Shown here in pieces: positions 1 to 9,144 of a stretch of DNA of 64,000 nucleotides. Position 1 is the first letter of the stretch, and each line of letters starts with the position of its first letter. The DNA is from an uncultured cyanobacterium (lineage in GTDB: Bacteria; Cyanobacteriota; Cyanobacteriia; Cyanobacteriales; CAWUOF01), in contig CAVUSO010000001.1 in the NCBI GenBank assembly GCA_963744145.1, forward strand, positions 4,672,001-4,736,000, given 5' to 3'. The notes under the pieces are model-generated. The model saw only the letters and a program-made list of their open reading frames with translations, was not told the DNA's origin and made no database searches. Position numbers and translations under genes: made by a program.

Positions 1-696
1 GGGTGAGTGCCTTCAGTAAAAGAGTAATTTACAATGTGGGAAAAGCTTATACAAATCAATTAGGAATCGGGGAATATTATCCGGGTTTAACACCAGTAAT
101 TGGAGTGACAATCACCGATTTTATAATGTTTCCTCAGACCCCAGAAGTCATCACTCAATTTGGGTTAGTGGAGCAGACCAAAAAATTTCCCTATCCCGAC
201 CAAGAATTACAGTTCATTTTTGTGGAATTACCAAAATTTCAGAAACAACTATCAGAATTAGCTAACTTGAGGGAACAATGGATATATTTTCTGAAAGAAG
301 CAGCAAGATTAGAGACAATTCCCCAGGAATTAGGTCAGGTAAGTGAAATCGAACTAGCTTTAAATATAGCGAATCAAGCCAATATGACTGTAGAGGAATT
401 AGAAATAGTAGATAGAAGAGGAATGTTGTTACAAGATGAAAAAGGACGTTCTGACTTATGCTAGGGAAGAAGGTCGTGCTGAAGGTTTTACTGAAGGTCG
501 TGCTGAAGGTCAAAGGTTGGGTGAACAACAATTGTTACTTCGTCAATTGCACAAGCGTTTTGGTGAATTACCAACTTCTATAACTCAACCAATTGAAAAC
601 CTATCTATTTCCGATTTAATTAATTTAGGAGAAAATATTTTCGATTTCGATAGTCTCAGAGATTTGCAAGAATGGTTGGAACTTAGAGAAAACTAA
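1..696 (+). pseudogene. Rpn family PD-(D/E)XK nuclease/DUF4351 protein, copy 1 (5' cut by window edge; +1 frameshift near 450)
   Basis: Near-identical to the downstream copies. Reads GGACGTTCTGACT where copy 5 reads GGACGTCTGACT, which splits it into ORFs 3..464 and 436..696. Confidence 0.8.
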
Positions 697-936
697 CAGA
701 AATGTTCCTCTCGCTCCAAACCCAATCGGAATATCGACCGGGTGATGGAGCGAGTTTCTAATATTGATTAGAGTAATTAAGGATTATTCGCGATCGATTT
801 AGCCAAACTAGATATTGCTGAGAAATCGTCATAATTTAGTAGTCTTGACTGGCGATAAAATTCATGTTCTGATAAACTAATATATGAGCAGAAAACCTGA
901 ATCTAACTATCAAATTGCTATCCCAGGAGAACCCAG

Positions 937-1863
937 ATGAGATTTATTAGTCCCAAAATTGATTATGCCTTTAAAAAAATCTTCGGTTCGAGCCAAAGTG
1001 AACAAATTTTAATTAGTTTTCTGAATGCGATTATGTATAATGGGGAGAAAATCATTGAATCCCTCAATATTGTCAATCCCTATAATCCGGGTCAAGTGGT
1101 CAGTTTAAAGGAGTCTTATTTAGATGTAAAAGCGGTCTTAACCGATGGTTCAATAATTCTGATCGAAATGCAAATAGCGCGAGTGAGTGCCTTCAGTAAA
1201 AGAGTAATTTATAATGTGGGAAAAGCTTATACAAATCAATTAGGAATCGGGGAATATTATCCGGGTTTAACACCAGTAATTGGAGTGACAATCACCGATT
1301 TTATGATGTTTCCTCAGACCCCAGAAGTCATCACTCAATTTGGGTTGGTGGAGCAGACCAAAAAATTTCCCTATCCCGACCAAGAATTACAGTTCATTTT
1401 TGTGGAATTACCAAAATTTCAGAAACAACTATCAGAATTAGCTAACTTGAGGGAACAATGGATATATTTTCTGAAAGAAGCAGCAAGATTAGAGACAATT
1501 CCCCAGGAATTAGGTCAGGTAAGTGAAATCGAACTAGCTTTAAATATAGCGAATCAAGCCAATATGACTGTAGAGGAATTAGAAATAGTAGATAGAAGAG
1601 GAATGTTGTTACAAGATGAAAAAGGTCGTCTGACTTATGCTAGAGAAGAAGGTCGTGCTGAAGGTCGTGCTGAAGGTCAAAGGTTGGGGGAACAACAATT
1701 GTTACTTCGTCTATTGCACAAGCGTTTTGGTGAATTACCAACTTCTATAACTCAACCAATTGAAAACCTATCTATTCCCGATTTAATTAATTTAGGAGAA
1801 AATATTTTCGATTTCGATAGTCTCAGAGATTTGCAAGAATGGTTGGAACTTAGAGAAAACTAA
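937..1863 (+). CDS. Rpn family recombination-promoting nuclease/putative transposase with C-terminal DUF4351, copy 2
   Basis: MRFISPKIDYAFKKIFG start, LDVKA...IEMQ nuclease motif, FVELPKF, EGRA repeats, DUF4351-like tail. AGGAG RBS upstream. Confidence 0.9.
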   Translation: MRFISPKIDYAFKKIFGSSQSEQILISFLNAIMYNGEKIIESLNIVNPYNPGQVVSLKESYLDVKAVLTDGSIILIEMQIARVSAFSKRVIYNVGKAYTNQLGIGEYYPGLTPVIGVTITDFMMFPQTPEVITQFGLVEQTKKFPYPDQELQFIFVELPKFQKQLSELANLREQWIYFLKEAARLETIPQELGQVSEIELALNIANQANMTVEELEIVDRRGMLLQDEKGRLTYAREEGRAEGRAEGQRLGEQQLLLRLLHKRFGELPTSITQPIENLSIPDLINLGENIFDFDSLRDLQEWLELREN

Positions 1864-2095
1864 CAGAAATGTTCCTCTCGCTCCAAACCCAATCGGAATA
1901 TCAACCGGGTGATGGAGCGAGTTTCTAATATTGATTAGAGTAATTAAGGATTATTTGCGATCGCTTGAATCAAACTAGATATTGCTGAGAAATCGTTATA
2001 ATCTGGTAGTCTTGACTGGCGATATAATTCATTTTCTGATAAACTAATTGATTAGCGGAAAACCTGAATCTAACTGCCATCCCAGGAGAAATCAG

Positions 2096-3058
2096 ATGAG
2101 ATTTATTAGTCCCAAAATTGATTATGCCTTTAAAAAAATCTTCGGTTCGAGCCAAAGTGAACAAATTTTAATTAGTTTTCTGAATGCGATTATGTATAAT
2201 GGGGAGAGAATCATTGAATCCCTCAATATTGTCAATCCCTATAATCCGGGTCAAGTGGTCAGCTTAAAGGAGTCTTATTTAGATGTAAAAGCGGTCTTAA
2301 CCGATGGTTCAATAATTCTGATCGAAATGCAAATAGCGCGAGTGAGTGCCTTCAGTAAAAGAGTAATTTATAATGTGGGAAAAGCTTATACAAATCAATT
2401 AGGAATCGGGGAATATTATCCGGGTTTAACACCAGTAATTGGAGTGACAATCACCGATTTTATAATGTTTCCTCAGACCCCAGAAGTCATCACTCAATTT
2501 GGGTTGGTGGAGCAGACCAAAAAATTTCCCTATCCCGACCAAGAATTACAGTTCATTTTTGTGGAATTACCAAAATTTCAGAAACAATTATCAGAATTAG
2601 CTAATTTGAGGGAACAATGGATATATTTTCTGAAAGAAGCAGCAAGATTAGAGACAATTCCCCAGGAATTAGGTCAGGTAAGTGAAATTGAACTAGCTTT
2701 AAATATAGCGAATCAAGCCAATATGACTGTAGAGGAATTAGAAATAGTAGATAGAAGAGGAATGTTGTTACAAGATGAAAAAGGTCGTCTGACTTATGCT
2801 AGGGAAGAAGGTCGTGCTGAAGGTCTTACTGAAGGTCGTGCTGAAGGTCGTGCTGAAGGTCGTGCTGAAGGTCAAAGGTTGGGGGAACAACAATTGTTAC
2901 TTCGTCTATTGCACAAGCGTTTTGGTGAATTACCAACTTCTATAACTCAACCAATTGAAAACCTATCTATTCCCGATTTAATTACTTTAGGAGAAAATAT
3001 TTTCGATTTCGATAGTCTCAGAGATTTGCAGCAATGGCTGGAACTTAGAGAAAACTAA
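2096..3058 (+). CDS. Rpn family nuclease, copy 3
   Basis: Same protein as copy 2. ATG at 2096 after AGGAG; 5 EGxx units. Confidence 0.9.
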   Translation: MRFISPKIDYAFKKIFGSSQSEQILISFLNAIMYNGERIIESLNIVNPYNPGQVVSLKESYLDVKAVLTDGSIILIEMQIARVSAFSKRVIYNVGKAYTNQLGIGEYYPGLTPVIGVTITDFIMFPQTPEVITQFGLVEQTKKFPYPDQELQFIFVELPKFQKQLSELANLREQWIYFLKEAARLETIPQELGQVSEIELALNIANQANMTVEELEIVDRRGMLLQDEKGRLTYAREEGRAEGLTEGRAEGRAEGRAEGQRLGEQQLLLRLLHKRFGELPTSITQPIENLSIPDLITLGENIFDFDSLRDLQQWLELREN

Positions 3059-3289
3059 CAGAAATGTTCCTCTCGCTCCAAACCCAATCGGAATATCGAC
3101 CGGGTGATGGAGCGAGTTGATCAGATTGATTAGAGTAATTAAGGATTATTTGCGATCGCTTGATTCCAACTAGATATTGCTGAGAAATCGTCATAATTTA
3201 GTAGTCTTGACCGGCGATAGAATTCATTTTCTGATAAACTAATTGATTAGCGGAAAACTGAATCTAAATGCCATCCCAGGAGAACTCAG

Positions 3290-4204
3290 ATGAGATTTAT
3301 TAGTCCCAAAATTGATTATGCCTTTAAAAAAATCTTTGGTTCGAGCCAAAGTGAACAAATTTTAATTAGTTTTCTGAATGCGATTATGTATAATGGGGAG
3401 AGAATCATTGAATCCCTCAATATTGTCAATCCCTATAATCCGGGTCAAGTGGTCAGCTTAAAGGAGTCTTATTTAGATGTAAAAGCGGTCTTAACAGATG
3501 GTTCAATAATTCTGATCGAAATGCAAATAGCGCGAGTGAGTGCCTTCAGTAAAAGAGTAATTTACAATGTGGGAAAAGCTTATACAAATCAATTAGGAAT
3601 CGGGGAATATTATCCAGGTTTAACACCAGTAATTGGAGTGACAATCACCGATTTTATGATGTTTCCTCAGACCCCAGAAGTCATCACTCAATTTGGGTTG
3701 GTGGAGCAGACCAAAAAATTTCCCTATCCCGACCAAGAATTACAGTTCATTTTTGTGGAATTACCAAAATTTCAGAAACAACTATCAGAATTAGCTAACT
3801 TGAGGGAACAATGGATATATTTTCTGAAAGAAGCAGCAAGATTAGAGACAATTCCCCAGGAATTAGGTCAGGTAAGTGAAATCGAACTAGCTTTAAATAT
3901 AGCGAATCAAGCCAATATGACCGTAGAGGAATTAGAAATAGTAGATAGAAGAGGAATGTTGTTACAAGATGAAAAAGGTCGTCTGACTTATGCTAGAGAA
4001 GAAGGTCGTGCTGAAGGTCAAAGGTTGGGTGAACAACAATTGTTACTTCGTCAATTGCACAAGCGTTTTGGTGAATTACCAACTTCTATAACTCAACCAA
4101 TTGAAAACCTATCTATTCCCGATTTAAATAATTTAGGAGAAAATATTTTCGATTTCGATAGTCTCAGAGATTTGCAGCAATGGCTGGAACTTAGAGAAAA
4201 CTAA
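3290..4204 (+). CDS. Rpn family nuclease, copy 4
   Basis: Same protein; 1 EGRA unit. Confidence 0.9.
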   Translation: MRFISPKIDYAFKKIFGSSQSEQILISFLNAIMYNGERIIESLNIVNPYNPGQVVSLKESYLDVKAVLTDGSIILIEMQIARVSAFSKRVIYNVGKAYTNQLGIGEYYPGLTPVIGVTITDFMMFPQTPEVITQFGLVEQTKKFPYPDQELQFIFVELPKFQKQLSELANLREQWIYFLKEAARLETIPQELGQVSEIELALNIANQANMTVEELEIVDRRGMLLQDEKGRLTYAREEGRAEGQRLGEQQLLLRQLHKRFGELPTSITQPIENLSIPDLNNLGENIFDFDSLRDLQQWLELREN

Positions 4205-4436
4205 CATAAATGTTCCTCTCGCTCCAAACTCAATCGGAATATCAACCGCGTGATGGAGCGAGTTTCTAATATTGATTAGAGTAATTAAGGATTATTTGCG
4301 ATCGCTTGATTCCAACTAAATATTGCTGAGAAATCGTCATAATTTAGTAGTCTTGACTGGCGATAGAATTCATTTTCTGATAAACTAATATATGAGCGGA
4401 AAACCTGAATCTGACTGTTATCATAGGAGAACCCAG

Positions 4437-5387
4437 ATGAGATTTATTAGTCCCAAAATTGATTATGCCTTTAAAAAAATCTTCGGTTCGAGCCAAAGTG
4501 AACAAATTTTAATTAGTTTTCTGAATGCGATTATGTATAATGGGGAGAAAATCATTGAATCCCTCAATATTGTCAATCCCTATAATCCGGGTCAAGTGGT
4601 CAGTTTAAAGGAGTCTTATTTAGATGTAAAAGCGGTCTTAACCGATGGTTCAATAATTCTGATCGAAATGCAAATAGCGCGAGTGAGTGCCTTCAGTAAA
4701 AGAGTAATTTACAATGTGGGAAAAGCTTATACAAATCAATTAGGAATCGGGGAATATTATCCGGGTTTAACACCAGTAATTGGAGTGACAATCACCGATT
4801 TTATGATGTTTCCTCAGACCCCAGAAGTCATCACTCAATTTGGGTTAGTGGAGCAGACCAAAAAATTTCCCTATCCCGACCAAGAATTACAGTTCATTTT
4901 TGTGGAATTACCAAAATTTCAGAAACAACTATCAGAATTAGCTAATGTGAGGGAACAATGGATATATTTTCTGAAAGAAGCCGCAAGATTAGAGACAATT
5001 CCCCAGGAATTAAGTCAGGTAAGTGAAATCGAACTAGCTTTAAATATAGCGAATCAAGCCAATATGACTGTAGAGGAATTAGAAATAGTAGATAGAAGAG
5101 GAATGTTGTTACAAGATGAAAAAGGACGTCTGACTTATGCTAGAGAAGAAGGTCGTACTGAAGGTCGCGCTGAAGGTCGTGCTGAAGGTCGCGCTGAAGG
5201 TCAAAGATTGGGTGAACAACAATTGTTACTTCGCCTATTGCACAAGCGTTTTGGTGAATTACCAACTTCTATAACTCAACCAATTGAAAACCTATCTATT
5301 CCCGATTTAATTAATTTAGGAGAAAATATTTTCGATTTCGATAGTCTCAGAGATTTGCAGCAATGGCTGGAACTTAGAGAAAACTAA
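4437..5387 (+). CDS. Rpn family nuclease, copy 5
   Basis: Same protein; ATG at 4437 after AGGAG; 4 EGxx units. Confidence 0.9.
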   Translation: MRFISPKIDYAFKKIFGSSQSEQILISFLNAIMYNGEKIIESLNIVNPYNPGQVVSLKESYLDVKAVLTDGSIILIEMQIARVSAFSKRVIYNVGKAYTNQLGIGEYYPGLTPVIGVTITDFMMFPQTPEVITQFGLVEQTKKFPYPDQELQFIFVELPKFQKQLSELANVREQWIYFLKEAARLETIPQELSQVSEIELALNIANQANMTVEELEIVDRRGMLLQDEKGRLTYAREEGRTEGRAEGRAEGRAEGQRLGEQQLLLRLLHKRFGELPTSITQPIENLSIPDLINLGENIFDFDSLRDLQQWLELREN

Positions 5388-5453
5388 CAGAAATATCAAT
5401 CTGGTATTTATTACTAGTATTATAGTAAGGCTATCTTACCCCTAGAGGCATTC

Positions 5454-6218
5454 ATGGCACAAAATCGTGAAATCGCTGTAGAATTTCGACAAGTAAACTA
5501 TTATGTCAAAAATCGTCAGATTTTGCTTGATTTGAATTTTACTGTTCGTCAGGGCGAAGCACTGGTATTATTAGGACGTAGTGGTAGTGGTAAAACTACT
5601 ACCATGAAATTAGTGAATCATCTTTTAATGCCCTCCAGTGGAGAAGTTTTAGTCCAGGGAAAACCAACCACGGAATGGAATCCCATCCAGTTAAGACGAC
5701 GGATTGGTTATGTGATCCAAGAAACTGGTTTGTTTCCTCATTTTACTGTTGAACGCAATATTGGCTTAGTTCCTGCTTTAGAAGGTTGGAAACCTCACCA
5801 AATTAAAACTCGTGTCCATGAACTTTTACTTTTAGTTGGGTTAGATCCGGAACAATTTGCGTCCCGTTATCCTCATCAACTTTCTGGGGGTCAACGTCAA
5901 AGGGTTGGAGTTGCTAGAGCATTAGCTATTGATCCACCAGTGATGTTAATGGATGAACCTTTTGGGGCTCTTGACCCGATTACACGATTAGATATTCAAA
6001 AAGAATTTCGACGGTTACAAACCCAATTAGGTAAAACTGTAATTTTTGTTACTCACGATATCCAAGAAGCTTTTGTATTAGGTACTAGAATTGGATTGAT
6101 GTCGGGAGGAAAAATGGTAGTATTAGAGACGCCCACAGAATTTTCCCGATCGCAAGAACCAGAAGCACTTGCTTTTCTGGAATGTTTGCGCTCAATTGGG
6201 CGATCGCAGCCCAACTAA
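5454..6218 (+). CDS. Osmoprotectant (glycine betaine/choline) ABC transporter ATP-binding subunit
   Basis: Walker A GRSGSGKT, LSGGQRQR signature, MDEPFGALD. Confidence 0.9.
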   Translation: MAQNREIAVEFRQVNYYVKNRQILLDLNFTVRQGEALVLLGRSGSGKTTTMKLVNHLLMPSSGEVLVQGKPTTEWNPIQLRRRIGYVIQETGLFPHFTVERNIGLVPALEGWKPHQIKTRVHELLLLVGLDPEQFASRYPHQLSGGQRQRVGVARALAIDPPVMLMDEPFGALDPITRLDIQKEFRRLQTQLGKTVIFVTHDIQEAFVLGTRIGLMSGGKMVVLETPTEFSRSQEPEALAFLECLRSIGRSQPN

Positions 6219-6235
6219 TTACCCCAATTAGCACA

Positions 6236-6883
6236 ATGGACTATACTCATAATTTTTTCCTGATTCGCTATGGCACAGAAATTATCAATCGGACTGGAGA
6301 ACATTTAATTTTAGTCAGTATATCCATTGGGATTGCTACTTTAATTGGTATTCCCCTCGGAATTTTGATTACTCGTAAACCGGACTTTGCTCAGGTAATT
6401 TTAGGGGTTGCCAATATTTTCCAAACCATTCCTAGTTTAGCATTATTTGGGTTTTTAATTTCGGTTCCCTTACTAGGTGGAATTGGTAATACTCCCGCAA
6501 TTGTGGCACTTATATTATATTCCCTGCTACCAATTATTCGCAATACTTACACAGGTATTAATGGTGTTGATCCGGCAATTCGAGAAGCTGGACGTGGGAT
6601 GGGCATGACCCAGCAACAACTATTATGGCAAGTAGAAATTCCCTTAGCGATGGGAGTGATTTTAGCTGGGGTACGAATTGCTACTGTGATTGGAATTGGG
6701 ATCGCAACTATTGCTCCAGCAATTGGAGCTGGTGGATTGGGAGTATTTATTTTTCGCGGTATTGCTATAGTCAATAATCAGTTAATTTTAGCTGGGGCAA
6801 TTCCTGCTGCGGCGATCGCCTTATTAGCAGATTTTGGGATTGGTTTACTAGAAAAGAAATTAACCATTAAGGAGCTTAAATGA
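6236..6883 (+). CDS. Osmoprotectant ABC transporter permease
   Basis: Hydrophobic; QTIPSLAL and EAGRGMGM (EAA-loop) motifs of OpuCB/ProW type. Confidence 0.9.
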   Translation: MDYTHNFFLIRYGTEIINRTGEHLILVSISIGIATLIGIPLGILITRKPDFAQVILGVANIFQTIPSLALFGFLISVPLLGGIGNTPAIVALILYSLLPIIRNTYTGINGVDPAIREAGRGMGMTQQQLLWQVEIPLAMGVILAGVRIATVIGIGIATIAPAIGAGGLGVFIFRGIAIVNNQLILAGAIPAAAIALLADFGIGLLEKKLTIKELK

Positions 6884-7791
6884 TCATAAAAAAGTTTTTA
6901 TCTTTGGTCATATTAATATTTAGCTTGCTGATGGGTCTTAGTGCCTGTGCTAGTTCCCAAATTAGTTATTCTGGTGATATTACTATTGGCTCAAAAAACT
7001 TTACTGAAAATATAATTTTAGCAGAAATTTTAGCCAAATCGATCGAAACAAAAACCAATTTAAAAGTAACAAGAAAGTTTAATTTAGGTGGTACAGGTAT
7101 TTGTCATGAAGGAGTTAAATCTGGACAATTAGATGCTTATGTTGAATATACAGGTACAGCTTTTACAGCGATTTTAAAGCAAAAAAAACTCAATGATGCT
7201 CAAGCTGTTTATGACCAAGTTAAACAAGAATATATAAAACAGTTTAATCTAGTATTAACTGAACCTTTAGGATTTGAAGATACTTTTGCGATCATTATCC
7301 GGAAAAAAGATGCACAACGCTTACATATTCAAACTATATCAGAAGTAGCGAAATATATCTCCCAATGGCAAGGTGGTTTTGGTTATGAATTTACTGAACG
7401 AGAGGATGGATTACAGGGATTATCTGAAACTTATGGATTAGAATTTACTCGTTCTCCCCAGATCATGGAGTTAGGATTACTATATCGAGCGTTGGTAGAA
7501 AAAAAGGTAGATATCATAGCAGGAAATTCTACCGATGGACAAATAGCTACACTGGGGTTAGTGATTTTAAAGGATGATAAACAATATTTTCCTCCTTATC
7601 AAGCTGTCCCGATCGTGCGTCAGGAAACTTTGCAGAAATATCCCCAATTACGGGAAGTTTTTCAGCAATTGGGAGGGAAAATTACCGAATCAGAAATGCA
7701 ACGGATGAACTATAAAATCGATGGTGACTTCGATCAAGTTGAAGATGTCGCGGAGAATTTTTTAAGATCAAAAAAGTTGTTAAATAAATAA
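6880..7791 (+). CDS. Osmoprotectant ABC transporter substrate-binding lipoprotein
   Basis: Lipobox LSAC; GSKNFTE, EYTGT and DDKQYFPPY motifs (OpuAC family). Confidence 0.9.
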   Translation: MIIKKFLSLVILIFSLLMGLSACASSQISYSGDITIGSKNFTENIILAEILAKSIETKTNLKVTRKFNLGGTGICHEGVKSGQLDAYVEYTGTAFTAILKQKKLNDAQAVYDQVKQEYIKQFNLVLTEPLGFEDTFAIIIRKKDAQRLHIQTISEVAKYISQWQGGFGYEFTEREDGLQGLSETYGLEFTRSPQIMELGLLYRALVEKKVDIIAGNSTDGQIATLGLVILKDDKQYFPPYQAVPIVRQETLQKYPQLREVFQQLGGKITESEMQRMNYKIDGDFDQVEDVAENFLRSKKLLNK

Positions 7792-7914
7792 TATCCTGTC
7801 TCAACTTATTTGATTTTGTTTGAACTTAGGATATTTAGCGATCGCTGGTGATATTCTTGATCATTCTTCCCTAGGTCAAGATGACCCTGGGTAAATGGGA
7901 CAGTCAAAACTATA

Positions 7915-9024
7915 TTAAACATTAAAAACCCACACTTGTTCACCAATTTTGATCTGATCACCAGCACTCAGTATGACAGGTTGATGAGGAACAAGACGAT
8001 TATTATTAATATAAGTTCCATTGGAACTACCTAAATCGACAAATTGATATAGTCGGGGATGATTAGCATCTGCAATCTGGATAATTTGAGCATGGTAACG
8101 AGAGCAAAGAGGATCTTGAACAGCTAGATGATTATTAGGTTCACGTCCGATATTAAATGGACTAATATTGATGGGAATAACTACATTTGAGGATTGATTA
8201 ATTAGATTTGCTATGCTCTGATTACCGGGTTGATTTGCTAACACCGTAGGAGCTAATAGTACATTATCCCTGACGGTCGGTAAATTACCTAAGTGCGGTT
8301 TTTCTGGTTCAATTACAACTGCATTAGTTTCTATAGTGCGAGGATCATTGGATTTACTTGACTGAGGAGAAATTATATTTACCTGTTGCACTGATGGATT
8401 GGGTAAAACTGGACGTCCTGCTTGAGCAATTTTTATTTGCAATTCTGCTTCATAAGCTGCTTCCTGTTTAGCACTCATTCCTTCAACTTGACGAATTACT
8501 CCACTATGTTGAGGAAAATTAATATCACTGACTCTGACATCTTCTAAAGTAAATCCCAAGGAATGTATATTGGTAACATGATCAAGTAAATATTGTCGAA
8601 TCACCACTCTACCTTGATTAGTAAGATTTTGCATAGAAAGGTGACTAATTGCGATTCCAATTAGGTCTTTCACGACAGTGATTAGCGTCGCAATTGGATC
8701 AGATAATTCTAATGCTACTCTTTGGGGATCTATGACTTGATATATAATACTTAAAGATAAATTAATTAAAAACTGATCTTGAGAGAGAAAGTCTCCTTGA
8801 GAAGAAATATCTAAGTTTCGCAGTTTATGATCAACTAGAATCAACTGCGCTTGTTCTAATAAGGGTAAAGCAAAGCTAAAATGACGACCAGGTGCAAGAG
8901 TCCTGACTACATGACCATTTTTGACCAACAAACCCGTAAAACCCGCATCGATAAAGTCCATACTTAAACCAACAAAGCGATCGGGAGTTATAGTTTGGAG
9001 CAATGGGGATGAGTTAGTAGACAT
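7915..9024 (-). CDS. SPFH/Band-7 domain protein with C-terminal FHA domain
   Basis: N-terminal LAPGRH...YQVIDP Band-7-like pattern. C-terminal IGR...SRYHA...DLGSSNGTYIN...GDQIKIG FHA motifs. Confidence 0.8.
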   Translation of the reverse strand: MSTNSSPLLQTITPDRFVGLSMDFIDAGFTGLLVKNGHVVRTLAPGRHFSFALPLLEQAQLILVDHKLRNLDISSQGDFLSQDQFLINLSLSIIYQVIDPQRVALELSDPIATLITVVKDLIGIAISHLSMQNLTNQGRVVIRQYLLDHVTNIHSLGFTLEDVRVSDINFPQHSGVIRQVEGMSAKQEAAYEAELQIKIAQAGRPVLPNPSVQQVNIISPQSSKSNDPRTIETNAVVIEPEKPHLGNLPTVRDNVLLAPTVLANQPGNQSIANLINQSSNVVIPINISPFNIGREPNNHLAVQDPLCSRYHAQIIQIADANHPRLYQFVDLGSSNGTYINNNRLVPHQPVILSAGDQIKIGEQVWVFNV

Positions 9025-9144
9025 GAGATTTTCTCACCAAATTTTTCAGGGTACTATTATATAATATAATAATCTCTTCGCCATAGATGATCATTAGAGA
9101 TTACTGCGAAATAATCTTAATCAAATAATTTGGTAACCAAAACT

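Larger units (their letters stand above)
1..5395 (+). repeat. Tandem gene array, unit about 1.15-1.2 kb, at least 5 copies
   Basis: CDS plus ~230-240 bp intergenic region repeats directly. Each spacer carries a CTCGCTCCA...TGGAGCGAG inverted repeat just after the stop. Confidence 0.95.

Noticed and set aside
1970..2164. 64-aa antisense ORF in the Rpn spacer
   Set aside because: Not kept open at this length in the other spacer copies, which carry indels; likely spurious.
1..5387. Rpn copies as insertion sequences
   Set aside because: No terminal inverted repeats or target duplications; head-to-tail amplification fits better.
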